64,000 bases of DNA from a virus. Lineage: Duplodnaviria; Heunggongvirae; Uroviricota; Caudoviricetes. The notes beneath the pieces were generated by a model that ran no database searches, had not been told where the DNA came from, and saw nothing but the letters and a program-made list of their open reading frames with translations. Shown in pieces: positions 9,165 to 18,799 of the stretch; positions within the stretch are counted from its first letter, which is position 1; the number at the start of each line of letters is the position of its first letter. Location of the stretch: IMG/VR virus record IMGVR_UViG_3300020429_000539, positions 396,263 to 460,262 of that record. The stretch is one strand, 5' to 3'. Position numbers and translations under genes: made by a program.

Positions 9165-10319
9165 ATGTCCAAAAGCAAGGCACTAGAAGCTCTAGACGAT
9201 ATATTTGGCGTTGTCCAAGATGGCAGCAATATCGCCAAGCAGGATAGCGAAGAATCGCATGATTCTAGCTATGCAGATGCAGTAACAGATGATGATGCGT
9301 CCTTTGAGGATAAGGCTGATTTCGTCAAGCAATCTCTTGGAACCTCTGATGAGGTTCAGGTGGAGTATGGCGATAAGCCAGATGATGCCGAGCAAGAACC
9401 CTCTTTAGAAAGCGAGGCCGACCGTGAAGGACAAGCACCCTGTCAGGAAGAAGAGTCAAACGTTGTCTCCAAGAGCCCTGTTCCATCCGAAACCGTTGAA
9501 CCCGCTTCAACTGAACAAGTGGAGCAAGGTGCAGAGGCCGACAGTTCGACAAATGAGTCCCGAGATGAGAAAGAGCATGATATGGAAGTTCGGCCCGACG
9601 ATAGCGACGTATCGTCATCTAAAGAAGAGGTGAAAACTTCTCCCAAGAAAAAGCAGACAATAGATGAGCTTGAAGCAAACGGCTGGCTCGTGACTTGTCC
9701 TTCTCCGATGTGGCAAGAGTTTTACGACCGCAAGATTTCCGCTCTACAGCGGTATGTCGCGGGTCGGGAGATTCCGTTTGGTAAGTTTTACAAAGAACTC
9801 AAAACGGCTTACGTGGATATCCGTGTTAGCATGAGCGACCATAATGCTATTGCAGAAAAGATGCAAGAGATTCAGCAGTGTCGTGACCGTGTTACACAGA
9901 TTCGCGCACAGGTTAATTCGCAGTTTTATCTTTGGAAGCGGCTTGTCCCGTTGTTTGAGGGTCTTGTAGCTATGGTCAAGTATGAAAAGCCCGCTGCAAA
10001 GCAAGAAGGCGTCATTTATGATCGCATGCACGACATGATCGAATACTTTAGTAAACTAGAGACAATGCATGACACAAGCAAAGATATTCTTGCCAATCTT
10101 GATGCTGCTTATGACTCGCTGAGTAGACAGGTTACCATGTCAATGCCTCAGAAGTCGATTGAGCGTCATGAGGGTGGTTCTGGTAGCGTCCAGAGCCCCA
10201 AACTATCTGACTTTGATAGCATTGAAAATAAGCCTCAAAAAGGAGTGAATACGTCATCTCCAAAAGGCCAAAAGTCGATAGATAAAAAGACGAATGGAGC
10301 AGTAGAAATAGACTGGTAA
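9165..10319 (+). CDS. Hypothetical protein, acidic disordered N-half and coiled-coil C-half
   Basis: 384 aa; about 160 aa D/E/S-rich region then heptad-rich helices; directly upstream of ssb-recA. Confidence 0.75.
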   Translation: MSKSKALEALDDIFGVVQDGSNIAKQDSEESHDSSYADAVTDDDASFEDKADFVKQSLGTSDEVQVEYGDKPDDAEQEPSLESEADREGQAPCQEEESNVVSKSPVPSETVEPASTEQVEQGAEADSSTNESRDEKEHDMEVRPDDSDVSSSKEEVKTSPKKKQTIDELEANGWLVTCPSPMWQEFYDRKISALQRYVAGREIPFGKFYKELKTAYVDIRVSMSDHNAIAEKMQEIQQCRDRVTQIRAQVNSQFYLWKRLVPLFEGLVAMVKYEKPAAKQEGVIYDRMHDMIEYFSKLETMHDTSKDILANLDAAYDSLSRQVTMSMPQKSIERHEGGSGSVQSPKLSDFDSIENKPQKGVNTSSPKGQKSIDKKTNGAVEIDW

Positions 10320-10382
10320 ATCGAAGGATTTACGCGACGAACTACAGTAGATGATTGGACAAAGACTTTTGTTCTCCTAAAC

Positions 10383-10475
10383 CACTGGTTCAAAGAGACA
10401 CTGGTCACTGGCTTCAGCGATTCAAGGTGTTCTTGTCTCGCTAAACACACTGTAACGTTAGCACTGCCAACACTG
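10383..10475 (+). repeat. Six CACTG pentamers in the ssb leader
   Basis: CACTG at 10383, 10399, 10406, 10448, 10462 and 10471, ending just before the AAGGAG SD. Confidence 0.75.
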
Positions 10476-10494
10476 ATTATAAGGAGAAAAAGTT

Positions 10495-11151
10495 ATGGCA
10501 AACGTAGTATCTTGGGGTGATCGTGAGAAGAATAGCAAGAAGAACCGCAGCGGAAATGATTTCCTCAGGCTCAAGCCTGGCGAGTACCAGATTCGCTGCA
10601 TTGGCCGCCCGGTCAAGTTCTATCGCTATTATGTAGACCAGCCTGCTGGCTCTGAACGACCATTCCTCTCCGCAATAACGTCGGACCCCGAAGAGTGCGT
10701 CATTCGCAATGTTTACAATCAGGAGCCTGCTTGCCGCTACGCTCTGAACGTAATCAACCGCGAGTCTGGCGAGCTTCAGATTCTTGAGATGCCTCAGACC
10801 ATTTTCAATCAGATTGCTGATTGGGCCGAGGAATGGGAGGTTGCTCCCGGCGGTCCCGAAGGCTGCGACTTCAAGATTAAGGTTCAGCGAGAGGGTAACA
10901 ACCCCCGCAACACCAAATACAAGGTAATCCCTCTCAAGCAGACTCCGTTCTCCGATGAGGAAGCAGAGTATCTGAAGGATGATGGCAAGGGACTTCACCC
11001 ATTGCTCGATATCTTCCGTGCGACTCCGCAGGACAAGATCGAGGAGGCCCTTGGTCTCAAGGCTCCCTCTGGTGACAGTGGCAGTAGCTCGAACGAGACG
11101 GTATCCGCCGGTTCCGGCAAGGATGCGTCTGACGACGACTTCCCCTTCTAA
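10495..11151 (+). CDS. ssb: Single-stranded DNA-binding protein (phage gp32-like type)
   Basis: FLRLKPGEYQIR...RYALNVINR...DFKIKVQREG...TKYKV pattern; acidic tail DDDFPF; strong SD; adjacent to recA. Confidence 0.8.
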   Translation: MANVVSWGDREKNSKKNRSGNDFLRLKPGEYQIRCIGRPVKFYRYYVDQPAGSERPFLSAITSDPEECVIRNVYNQEPACRYALNVINRESGELQILEMPQTIFNQIADWAEEWEVAPGGPEGCDFKIKVQREGNNPRNTKYKVIPLKQTPFSDEEAEYLKDDGKGLHPLLDIFRATPQDKIEEALGLKAPSGDSGSSSNETVSAGSGKDASDDDFPF

Positions 11152-11178
11152 TCCTAACGGATAATCCAAATGCTTTAA

Positions 11179-11215
11179 AGGGGCCGTGGCCTAAACGGTC
11201 GCGGCCCCTGTTCTA
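11179..11215 (+). terminator. Stem-loop after ssb (probable intrinsic terminator or attenuator)
   Basis: AGGGGCCGTGGCC-TAAAC-GGTCGCGGCCCCT, a 13-bp stem with two G-U pairs; weak U tract. Confidence 0.7.
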
Positions 11216-11239
11216 TCCCTATGCAAGGAGAATTGTGAG

Positions 11240-12481
11240 ATGGCGAAAAACAAGAAAGCCGCCCTTCAGAACTTGAAGGGTTTTGAGTGGGGCGGATATG
11301 AGAGCAAAACTCTTATCCCAACGGGTCATGCTGAGCTTGACTACTACATTGCCCGTGGTCTTATGGAAGACGAAGAGTTCGGGAAGTTCGATGAAAGCAA
11401 AGTCGGTGGACTTCCTCTCGGTTGTATCTGCATGGTCTATGGCGGTCCTGGTGGCGGTAAATCATCTTTGGCTTATCGTATTTGTGGTTACGCTCAACGG
11501 ATGGGCCTGACTCCCGTTTGGTTCGATGTTGAAAACTCATTCAGCGAAGGCCTATCCAAGATCAATGGTGTTGACCTCTCGAAGATTGGTCGCATGCGTA
11601 TGTATGACAAGGATAACCCCGAAGATGTTTTCTACGCAGAACAGATTTTGGATTCGGTTGCTGACACAATCAAGGCCGGTGCTGATGTAATTGTGATTGA
11701 CTCGATTGCTGCTCTTGTTACTAAGGCTGAGCTTGAGAACTCTGCTGAGAAAGACACGATGGCTTCTTTGGCTCGTGTTCTTGGCAAGACAATACCCGCA
11801 ATCAATTCTTTGGCTGCCGCGAATAACTGTTTGGTTATTGCTATCAATCAGTTACGAGAAAAACCCGGCGTGAGCTTCGGTAATCCCGAGGGGACCAAGG
11901 GTGGTAACACGCTTCGCCACCAGTCTTCGATTATCCTCAAGGTTAATAAGCTCAGCAGCAAGGATTCGTTGATATATGTTGAGGGTGACGATGGTGAAGA
12001 TGAACTTATCGCTGGCTCAGCGAACGTATGGATTGAGAAGAACCGCTTTTCGATGCCACACAAAGCCGGTATTAATGTTCCTGTTTACTACAAGCCATAC
12101 TTTCCAGATATTGAAGAGGTTATCTTTAACACTGGGCGGCAGGTTCGTGTCATAAACAAGCGGAAGAGCGTGTATTCTTGGGGAGATATCAAAGTCGAAG
12201 GCCGGCGCGAGTTCATTGAAGCGCTGTCCGAAATACCAAACATGGATGACTTGATTGAGGAAATCAAGGTGGCAGCCGAAGAGCGTTCAACACCTTTGCC
12301 TCCAGAAATATTGAACATAGAAGCCCATCAGAGGTTTGAGAAGGGCTCTGAAGACGACACCGCCGAGGAAGCCGAAAAGCCAAAGCGCAAGAGACGCACA
12401 AAGCGTAAAGCCGCAGAACCAGATAAGAGCAATTTGGAAGCAGTTACTATACCTGCCGCCGAAGAGCAACCTGATCTATGA
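11240..12481 (+). CDS. recA: RecA/UvsX recombinase
   Basis: IPTG..ELD, GGLPLG, Walker A YGGPGGGKSS, VIVIDSIAAL, INQLREKPGVSFGNPE..KGG..L, KNR. Confidence 0.95.
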   Translation: MAKNKKAALQNLKGFEWGGYESKTLIPTGHAELDYYIARGLMEDEEFGKFDESKVGGLPLGCICMVYGGPGGGKSSLAYRICGYAQRMGLTPVWFDVENSFSEGLSKINGVDLSKIGRMRMYDKDNPEDVFYAEQILDSVADTIKAGADVIVIDSIAALVTKAELENSAEKDTMASLARVLGKTIPAINSLAAANNCLVIAINQLREKPGVSFGNPEGTKGGNTLRHQSSIILKVNKLSSKDSLIYVEGDDGEDELIAGSANVWIEKNRFSMPHKAGINVPVYYKPYFPDIEEVIFNTGRQVRVINKRKSVYSWGDIKVEGRREFIEALSEIPNMDDLIEEIKVAAEERSTPLPPEILNIEAHQRFEKGSEDDTAEEAEKPKRKRRTKRKAAEPDKSNLEAVTIPAAEEQPDL

Positions 12482-13233
12482 TTACAAAGTTTACCGAAGT
12501 AGAACGAGCCGAAATATGCGATTTGGCTAATGAAACTCTTCTCAAAGAGACGACCGAGGATACTCTTGAGGCGCTCAAATATCTCACAGATGTCCGTGGT
12601 ATCTCATTGGAGGTTTTGAAGAAGTTCAGGTTCGGTTACATTCCTAAGCGTGTCGGGCATGATTGGTCTGAAAGGATCATCATGCCGTTATACGACTCTC
12701 ATGATAATCTTATCGTCCTGACAAGCCGAAAGTTTCGCACGACGGACCATAAGCAGCGTCCTCATCTTCATGAGCAGTTTGATAAGAAGCGTTTTTTGTA
12801 TGGCATTCAGGCCGCAAAGAGAAGCATTCTTAACTGGAACGCGGTTGTTCTTGTTGAGGGGCAGTTCGATACGTGTCGATTGCATACAAATGGCTTGATC
12901 AATACAGTTGGAGTTCTTGGCAGTGCCTTTACTTTTGACCATGTATGTCAGCTTAGAAGGTATTGTTCTAACTTCTATCTTGCGTTTGATCGAGACAAGT
13001 CCGGATGGCAAAATATAATTCGAGCCATGAGGATGTATGACGAAAAAAGTCTCGCAACTTTCGATGTCAACTTTATTCCTGTTAGATTGCCGCAAGGCAT
13101 CAAAGACCCGGACGACTTCATCAGCAACCATGGCGTGAAAGCTTTTAATCGCTTACTCAAAGAGTCGAAAGAGCTAGCCAGTAGTTACAAAGAAAGAGAA
13201 TGGCATGGCATTACCACAGAAACAGCCGCCTGA
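12478..13233 (+). CDS. dnaG: DnaG-type primase catalytic core (no N-terminal zinc-binding domain)
   Basis: YL..VRGIS, RIIMP, VVLVEGQFD, AFDRDKSG, KDPDDF Toprim motifs. Confidence 0.9.
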   Translation: MITKFTEVERAEICDLANETLLKETTEDTLEALKYLTDVRGISLEVLKKFRFGYIPKRVGHDWSERIIMPLYDSHDNLIVLTSRKFRTTDHKQRPHLHEQFDKKRFLYGIQAAKRSILNWNAVVLVEGQFDTCRLHTNGLINTVGVLGSAFTFDHVCQLRRYCSNFYLAFDRDKSGWQNIIRAMRMYDEKSLATFDVNFIPVRLPQGIKDPDDFISNHGVKAFNRLLKESKELASSYKEREWHGITTETAA

Positions 13234-14197
13234 AGTAGTCAATCTTATCAATCTTGTCAACACTCATCTGAAGTGGAAGAATCTTAATGGACCGCCCAGG
13301 GGTTATGAGGTTTATCACCCATCTGCCTTCGGTAGCTGCCTGCGACAGATGCAGTATCAGCGATACGCTGAGCGAGGCCTTATCGAGGGAGAGCCGGCGA
13401 AACCTGACCCTCGTATGTGCCGCATCTGGGAAACAGGTCATATTATTCAGACCCGTTGGGAGCAATACTTCATTGACATGGGTGTTCTTCGAGGTTATTG
13501 GGCCTGCCGCAACCCTTTGTGTCGCGAATATGATGATGAAGGCAAGCATGTAGGTCAGTCCAAGGATGAACCCCTTGAGAGGCCTCGTGTTCACGGGCGC
13601 GATAACAAGATTGGTATTTTCAAGCCAGATAAATGTAACTGTGGCTCTGACAAGTTTGATTATCAAGAAATCTCTGTTGTTGACAAAGAGCTAAACTTTC
13701 ATGGGCACGCTGATATCATTCTCGATTTCTCGAACTTCGATGCATCCGTCTACAAGACAGGCAATGCCGTTCGAATGCTATTCAAAGAGAACGAGCTACC
13801 GCAGAAGCCAATTGTTGTAGATATGAAGACAATCAACTCGTTCAAGTTCAAGAAGCTTGGCGCGTTGCCACATTTTCACTACAGGGTTCAGCTAACTATC
13901 TACACACACATTCTTGATTTGCAGTATGGCGTTTTGATTTACGAGAACAAAGACAACTGCGATACGAAGATATATCAGGTTCCTCGCAATGAAGCGATGT
14001 GGAAGAAGATTATCGAACAAGCAAACGTTATGTCTGAAATGGTGGAAGAGAAAAAACTTCCCCCGCCGCGCCCTACTTCTAAAGAGTCAATGGATTGTGG
14101 TTATTGTGATTTTCGGTCGATATGTCACTCATCAGCCGTGTGGAATGACCCTCATCTGCGTGAGAAAAGGAGGAAGTTCTACGGCGATTTCCGTTGA
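13205..14197 (+). CDS. Cas4-like PD-(D/E)xK exonuclease
   Basis: HPSAFGSC.RQ, GHADII, VVDMKT, QL.IY, C-terminal CGYCDFRSIC Fe-S motif; insert carrying extra Cys. Confidence 0.85.
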   Translation: MALPQKQPPEVVNLINLVNTHLKWKNLNGPPRGYEVYHPSAFGSCLRQMQYQRYAERGLIEGEPAKPDPRMCRIWETGHIIQTRWEQYFIDMGVLRGYWACRNPLCREYDDEGKHVGQSKDEPLERPRVHGRDNKIGIFKPDKCNCGSDKFDYQEISVVDKELNFHGHADIILDFSNFDASVYKTGNAVRMLFKENELPQKPIVVDMKTINSFKFKKLGALPHFHYRVQLTIYTHILDLQYGVLIYENKDNCDTKIYQVPRNEAMWKKIIEQANVMSEMVEEKKLPPPRPTSKESMDCGYCDFRSICHSSAVWNDPHLREKRRKFYGDFR

Positions 14198-14208
14198 AGG
14201 AGAATGAG

Positions 14209-14535
14209 ATGACACAGATCAATGATGACCCTACTTTGCTGAAGGTTCGTGGGGAAAGCCGTTTTGGAGATTCCGAGGCAGACAGAGAGGCCAGCCGCAA
14301 GGATTATGTCAAGAAGCTTTCAGGAGCTATTTTGACAGTTATTGGAAAGCATGGTTCGGCAAAGCTCAAAGTAGTTGGTGCGCCTTCTCTTAGCAATGCT
14401 ACAAAGGCAGCAATCATCGCCAAAGGCGAAGGCATGAAGAAAGGTCTCGACCTGGTTATAGAGCCGAGCTTTGATAACGCAGAGTTTGATGGCAGCACGA
14501 AGACTGCTATTGTTTTGAAAGTAGTACCAAGATAA
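14209..14535 (+). CDS. spoVS: SpoVS-family protein
   Basis: LKV...LSGAI...VGAPSLSNATKAAIIAKG...L.IEPSF...DG..KTAIVL aligns with Bacillus SpoVS (GAGALNQAVKA.AIARG...PAF...DGEERTAI). Confidence 0.85.
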   Translation: MTQINDDPTLLKVRGESRFGDSEADREASRKDYVKKLSGAILTVIGKHGSAKLKVVGAPSLSNATKAAIIAKGEGMKKGLDLVIEPSFDNAEFDGSTKTAIVLKVVPR

Positions 14536-14547
14536 AGGAAGTAGCAG

Positions 14548-15177
14548 ATGTCGCACGAGTTTGATTACGATGAATACGAGACGTTAGCAAGCGATAAAAT
14601 CAAAGAGGTTCTTGCAGGTATTAGTCAGTTTGAGAATACCGCTGAGCTTGAAGATGCTTTGCTTGAGATTCAGCGAGCAGAAGATGCTATTGCGCATGTG
14701 AGAGCTATTAAGCAGCGGCGTGCGGCTTTCTACGATGCCGAAATCAAGGAAAACCAGCAAAAAATTGATACGCTTCGTGATGCTGTTCTTGATTGCATGG
14801 ACCGACGCGGCAAGAAGAGTCTGAAGTTTCCTGGCTTGGGCAACGCCAATATCCGCAACATCAAGGGCAAGTGGAATGTTGCTGACGAGAAAGCTCTTGT
14901 CGAGCATCTGAAGTCACTCAATATGGCTGACGAGGCTGGTATTGAACAGACTATTAAGATCAACAAGACTAAGTTGAACAAAGTTCTCAATGAGCTTGAT
15001 CAGAATAACAACCTTGGCGATTTTGTTGAGCGAGAAGAAGATAAGCAATCCTTGACCGTGAAGTTTGAATCGAAGGAAGAGGCTCCTGCTAAAGAAGATA
15101 AGGCGACCAAAAAGGTGAAGACGGTCAAGAAGCAAGCCGAGGCTCCCAGTAACGAATTCGATAAGTTAGAAATATGA
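14548..15177 (+). CDS. Gam/Gp157-like host-nuclease-inhibitor-type protein
   Basis: Long coiled coil followed by KSLKFPGLG...R and a KINKTKL motif typical of the Mu Gam/Gp157 superfamily. Confidence 0.65.
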   Translation: MSHEFDYDEYETLASDKIKEVLAGISQFENTAELEDALLEIQRAEDAIAHVRAIKQRRAAFYDAEIKENQQKIDTLRDAVLDCMDRRGKKSLKFPGLGNANIRNIKGKWNVADEKALVEHLKSLNMADEAGIEQTIKINKTKLNKVLNELDQNNNLGDFVEREEDKQSLTVKFESKEEAPAKEDKATKKVKTVKKQAEAPSNEFDKLEI

Positions 15178-15476
15178 GTATACCGCAAGCCATTATTGAC
15201 GATCTGTCTGGTCTAAAAAGGTTTCCTTATTCCGATCTTTCCGAAGAAGAAATCACAGCGATTGATCAGTGGCGAGAGCAGGCATTGAATATATTACCTG
15301 CTATTACTCCCGATACTTGGGAAACCATTTTGCCTATTTTGGGTTACGACCTTGAAGGCGCAAAACAGGCTGTTAATAAGAAAAGAGAAAGCGATTTATT
15401 ACCTAGTTCTATACAGTCGCTTTTTCTATTAGAACAGTTGAACAAATTAGCAGAACAAAATGTACGGTTCCACTAA
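15174..15476 (+). CDS. Hypothetical protein
   Basis: 100 aa, ATGA overlap. Confidence 0.55.
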   Translation: MSIPQAIIDDLSGLKRFPYSDLSEEEITAIDQWREQALNILPAITPDTWETILPILGYDLEGAKQAVNKKRESDLLPSSIQSLFLLEQLNKLAEQNVRFH

Positions 15477-16236
15477 AGATAATCATAAGTTAGAGAACGC
15501 TCGAAAAACTCTAGAGTATCTGTATAAGAAGATACCAGATACTAAAGGTTGTATGGAGCATATCAGTAAACCTGTTGATAAAGGTGGTTGCGGTGCATGG
15601 TGTTGTGAATTACAGAATCCGCAGGTTCTATACTCAGAGTTTTTGCTAACATGGGATCATATTACACATAACTGGTCCGATGAGAAGGTCGGCGAACTTA
15701 TTCGTCGTTCTCTTGAAAACTACATGCAAGATAGCCATGTCAAGGGCTGTGTTTTCTGGGACAAAAAGACAAAGCTTTGTGGACAGCATGAAACACGACC
15801 ATTCAACTGTCGTGTCTATGGCATAACTCCTGAAGAAGAGTGGAAGCCACGGTATGAGAGATTGAAGGTTATCTATCCTGATACTAGGCCTCAATGCGGA
15901 CTTGTTTCAACAGCAGATGGTTCTGAGTTTACCAAGAAGAAATCTGATGCTATTTGGAAAGAAGTCAAGCAGGTTGAACAAATGATCGGTATCAGTTCCG
16001 AGCTAATAACCGATGATTTTGGCGGCAGTTACAGGACTTATCATGACCACATATTGTTGCATATATTTGGCGAATCTGGCATGGAGTTCTTGACTGATAT
16101 CAAGGTTAATAGCAGCAACGAAGAAAAAGCAGAGCATATAGACCACCTAATGAAAGCATACTGGAGTTATCAAAAGGATTTGAGAGAGCATGGAAGACCA
16201 GGTCAACAGTCAGAGAGTGAAGATTCAGAGAGCTAA
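15460..16236 (+). CDS. YkgJ/CxxCxxCC-family Fe-S or zinc cluster protein
   Basis: GCGAWCC...GCVFWD...LCGQHETRPFNCRVYG. Confidence 0.8.
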   Translation: MYGSTKDNHKLENARKTLEYLYKKIPDTKGCMEHISKPVDKGGCGAWCCELQNPQVLYSEFLLTWDHITHNWSDEKVGELIRRSLENYMQDSHVKGCVFWDKKTKLCGQHETRPFNCRVYGITPEEEWKPRYERLKVIYPDTRPQCGLVSTADGSEFTKKKSDAIWKEVKQVEQMIGISSELITDDFGGSYRTYHDHILLHIFGESGMEFLTDIKVNSSNEEKAEHIDHLMKAYWSYQKDLREHGRPGQQSESEDSES

Positions 16237-16534
16237 ATACGATGAGGAGAAAGACCTCATCATTTGGCATTTCTTGTTTCTCGATTCAGGCACCGAGCAG
16301 TCTTTTTGCTGGCCGAGTGTTGACCTATTGAAGGCGGTCGGTATTACGGCGATTGATCAGGTAGAACCTGAACATTTGCACGAGTTTTGTGAAAATATGC
16401 TGGGTAAAGAGATTAACTTTCTTGCTGAAGGAGTGCCGTACTATGAGCCTCCCAAGGGAACGCAGGAACAATACCACGATATTACCGACAAAATGGCCGA
16501 GCATTTCGATACTTTCAAGGATAGCGTAGAATGA
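16190..16534 (+). CDS. Hypothetical protein
   Basis: 114 aa ORF in the operon. Confidence 0.6.
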   Translation: MEDQVNSQRVKIQRAKYDEEKDLIIWHFLFLDSGTEQSFCWPSVDLLKAVGITAIDQVEPEHLHEFCENMLGKEINFLAEGVPYYEPPKGTQEQYHDITDKMAEHFDTFKDSVE

Positions 16535-16920
16535 AGGGCAGCGAGCTAAAAATACGCATATTCGGCTCAAATACATGCAAATCCTGCGGTCATTTGATGA
16601 AGGCCTTCGATATGCATGGGTTCTCTTATGAATTCATAGATGCAGATGACGAAGTGAATGACAAGCTTTGCGAGCAACAAGAAGTCGATGAGCTACCTCA
16701 TACACAAATCCTATCTGAAGAAGGCAAAGTTCTGTATAAGCACGTTGGCTACATAGCTCCTTATATGCTGCTCGCCATTGTTGCTGATTCAGAGGAAGAG
16801 CAAAACAACGACCTGCATCTAAAAGGAGTAGGAATTCCCAATGGGCATATTGTCAAACCAAAAAGACAACCAGGAAAAGGATGCTCAGGCTGCGGTAAAG
16901 CCGAAGGCCGTTCTGAATGA
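16531..16920 (+). CDS. Glutaredoxin/thioredoxin-like protein
   Basis: IRIFGSNTCKSC, YEFIDAD, ELPHT; C-terminal GCSGC. Confidence 0.75.
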   Translation: MKGSELKIRIFGSNTCKSCGHLMKAFDMHGFSYEFIDADDEVNDKLCEQQEVDELPHTQILSEEGKVLYKHVGYIAPYMLLAIVADSEEEQNNDLHLKGVGIPNGHIVKPKRQPGKGCSGCGKAEGRSE

Positions 16921-18799
16921 GCAACAAGAAATAGCAGCGAATCATGAGTATGGTTCTGCTTTTATTTCTGCCTGTCCAGGTTCAGGGAAAACCCGTGTTG
17001 TCGTCGAGAGAACAGCACGGCTGATAGATAAAGGCCATTCCCCTCGCAACATTCTCTGTATCACGTTTACCAATAAGGCCGCAGCCGAGATGAAAGAGCG
17101 GCTCCGCGCTCGCCTTGGCGACGCCGTGAGCGATTTATATGTCAGCACGTTCCACTCGTTATCTGCAAACATACTGAGACGCTTTGGTCGTAGTATTGGG
17201 TATGTAGATGGCATGACTATCATGGACTCATCCGACCAAGAGGATGTCATGTCGCAAACCGCTCGGCAGCTTGGCTTTGACTATAAGAGGGGCGAGATAT
17301 TCGGTCTATGCTGGATTGCAAATACTGCCCGCGAAAAGCTCCTTCCTATCGAACGGTTCGGCGAGGTCCATGATGACGAGAACAAGGTCCGAGTCGCACA
17401 AGAATACGTTGAGCGCATCAAAAAGAATAATCAGGTAGATTTTAGCGGACTGTTGTCGGAAACGATTCGTCTCCTTAAGAAAGATACGGAGGTTTTGCAG
17501 CGACTCCAAGACCGTTTCAAGTTTATTCAGGTTGACGAGGCCCAGGACACAAACCTTGCACAGTTTGAGATGGTCAACCTTCTCAGTGTCCACAAGAACG
17601 TAGTCATGGTCGGTGATATTGACCAGTCGATTTATGGGTGGAGAGGCGCTCGCTATGATAATATCAATGACTTTATCAAGCAAAACAAAGCAAAGGTTAT
17701 AGAGTTCCCTTGGAACTATCGCTCGACGCCTGAGATTGTTGAACGAGCAGAGCAGCTTATACGCTGGAATGACGGTCGTGATAAGGTTCAGTTCAGAACT
17801 GTCAATGCTTCGGGCGCTCCCATCGAATACCATGAACATGATAACTCAAGAGAAGAGGGCTCCTGGGTTGCAGATAAAGTGTATGAGATGATGGTTGAGC
17901 ATGGCTATGGTCCTGAAGACTGTGCCGTTCTTTATCGAGTCAATGCTCATTCGCAGCACATTGAGCTAGGTTTTCGCGCTCTAGGAATGCCGGTCAATAT
18001 GGTTGGTGGCCAGAGCTTTTTCGATAGAGCAGAAATCAAAGACTGTTTTGCTATGCTCAAGTTCTATGTTAATCCGCGAGATAGTATGGCTTTGAGTCGC
18101 TTCATTAATAAACCAGCGCGTTCAATAGGCAACGTAACCTTGGGTAAGATTGAGAACTATGCCCAAGAAAATAACGTAGACATGCTAGAGGCTTTGCGAT
18201 TAGCTCCTCAATATCTTACAAGCGTGCCCAAGAAAGAAGCGGTTCTAGTTAGTTTGAAGCTTATTCATGAGACCTTCAGTGCAGATTACTCAGGATACAA
18301 TATTGGTCAGATGCTTTATGAGTTTGTAACTAAGCTCAACTATCTAGATTTCTTGCGAGAGAAATACGCAGATGATTTCTTGGAGCGAGAAAACTACATC
18401 AACGAACTATCTAAGGATGCTGCTGTCGCTGGCGATGCATCTCGTAAGAATACGGAAAGCTATTTAGCTAGACAAGCTCTAACTTCGAGTAGCGATAAGG
18501 AAACCCAGCAAGGGCGAGTCACTTTGATGACGATGCATGCTGCAAAGGGTTTGGAGTTTCCTGTGGTTATCATTCCGTCTATGGAAGATGATATTCTGCC
18601 TCATTTCCGTTCTAAGGCAGAAAAATCGGTTGATGAGGAACGACGGCTTTGTTATGTTGCTATGACACGAGCGAAGGAGAGGTTGATTCTTAGTAGGTGT
18701 CGCAATAGGCAGGTCCGTAATGGCAAAAACTTCATGAACAAGAGAACAAAGCCGAGTCAGTTCCTTATAGAGATGGGTGTTCTGGAGGAACAGATATGA
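16841..18799 (+). CDS. uvrD: UvrD/PcrA-type SF1 helicase
   Basis: ACPGSGKT, ITFTNKAA, VDEAQDTN, VGDIDQSIYGWRGA, NYRS, MTMHAAKGLEF, EERRLCYVAMTRA. Confidence 0.95.
   Translation: MGILSNQKDNQEKDAQAAVKPKAVLNEQQEIAANHEYGSAFISACPGSGKTRVVVERTARLIDKGHSPRNILCITFTNKAAAEMKERLRARLGDAVSDLYVSTFHSLSANILRRFGRSIGYVDGMTIMDSSDQEDVMSQTARQLGFDYKRGEIFGLCWIANTAREKLLPIERFGEVHDDENKVRVAQEYVERIKKNNQVDFSGLLSETIRLLKKDTEVLQRLQDRFKFIQVDEAQDTNLAQFEMVNLLSVHKNVVMVGDIDQSIYGWRGARYDNINDFIKQNKAKVIEFPWNYRSTPEIVERAEQLIRWNDGRDKVQFRTVNASGAPIEYHEHDNSREEGSWVADKVYEMMVEHGYGPEDCAVLYRVNAHSQHIELGFRALGMPVNMVGGQSFFDRAEIKDCFAMLKFYVNPRDSMALSRFINKPARSIGNVTLGKIENYAQENNVDMLEALRLAPQYLTSVPKKEAVLVSLKLIHETFSADYSGYNIGQMLYEFVTKLNYLDFLREKYADDFLERENYINELSKDAAVAGDASRKNTESYLARQALTSSSDKETQQGRVTLMTMHAAKGLEFPVVIIPSMEDDILPHFRSKAEKSVDEERRLCYVAMTRAKERLILSRCRNRQVRNGKNFMNKRTKPSQFLIEMGVLEEQI

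Noticed and set aside
10323-10350. SigH promoter upstream of ssb (GAAGGATTT)
   Set aside because: A good -35-like element, but no GAAT -10 at the expected spacing.
13205-14197. CRISPR-Cas system suggested by the Cas4-like gene
   Set aside because: No cas1/cas2, effector genes or repeat-spacer array; solo Cas4-like nucleases are common in phage recombination modules.
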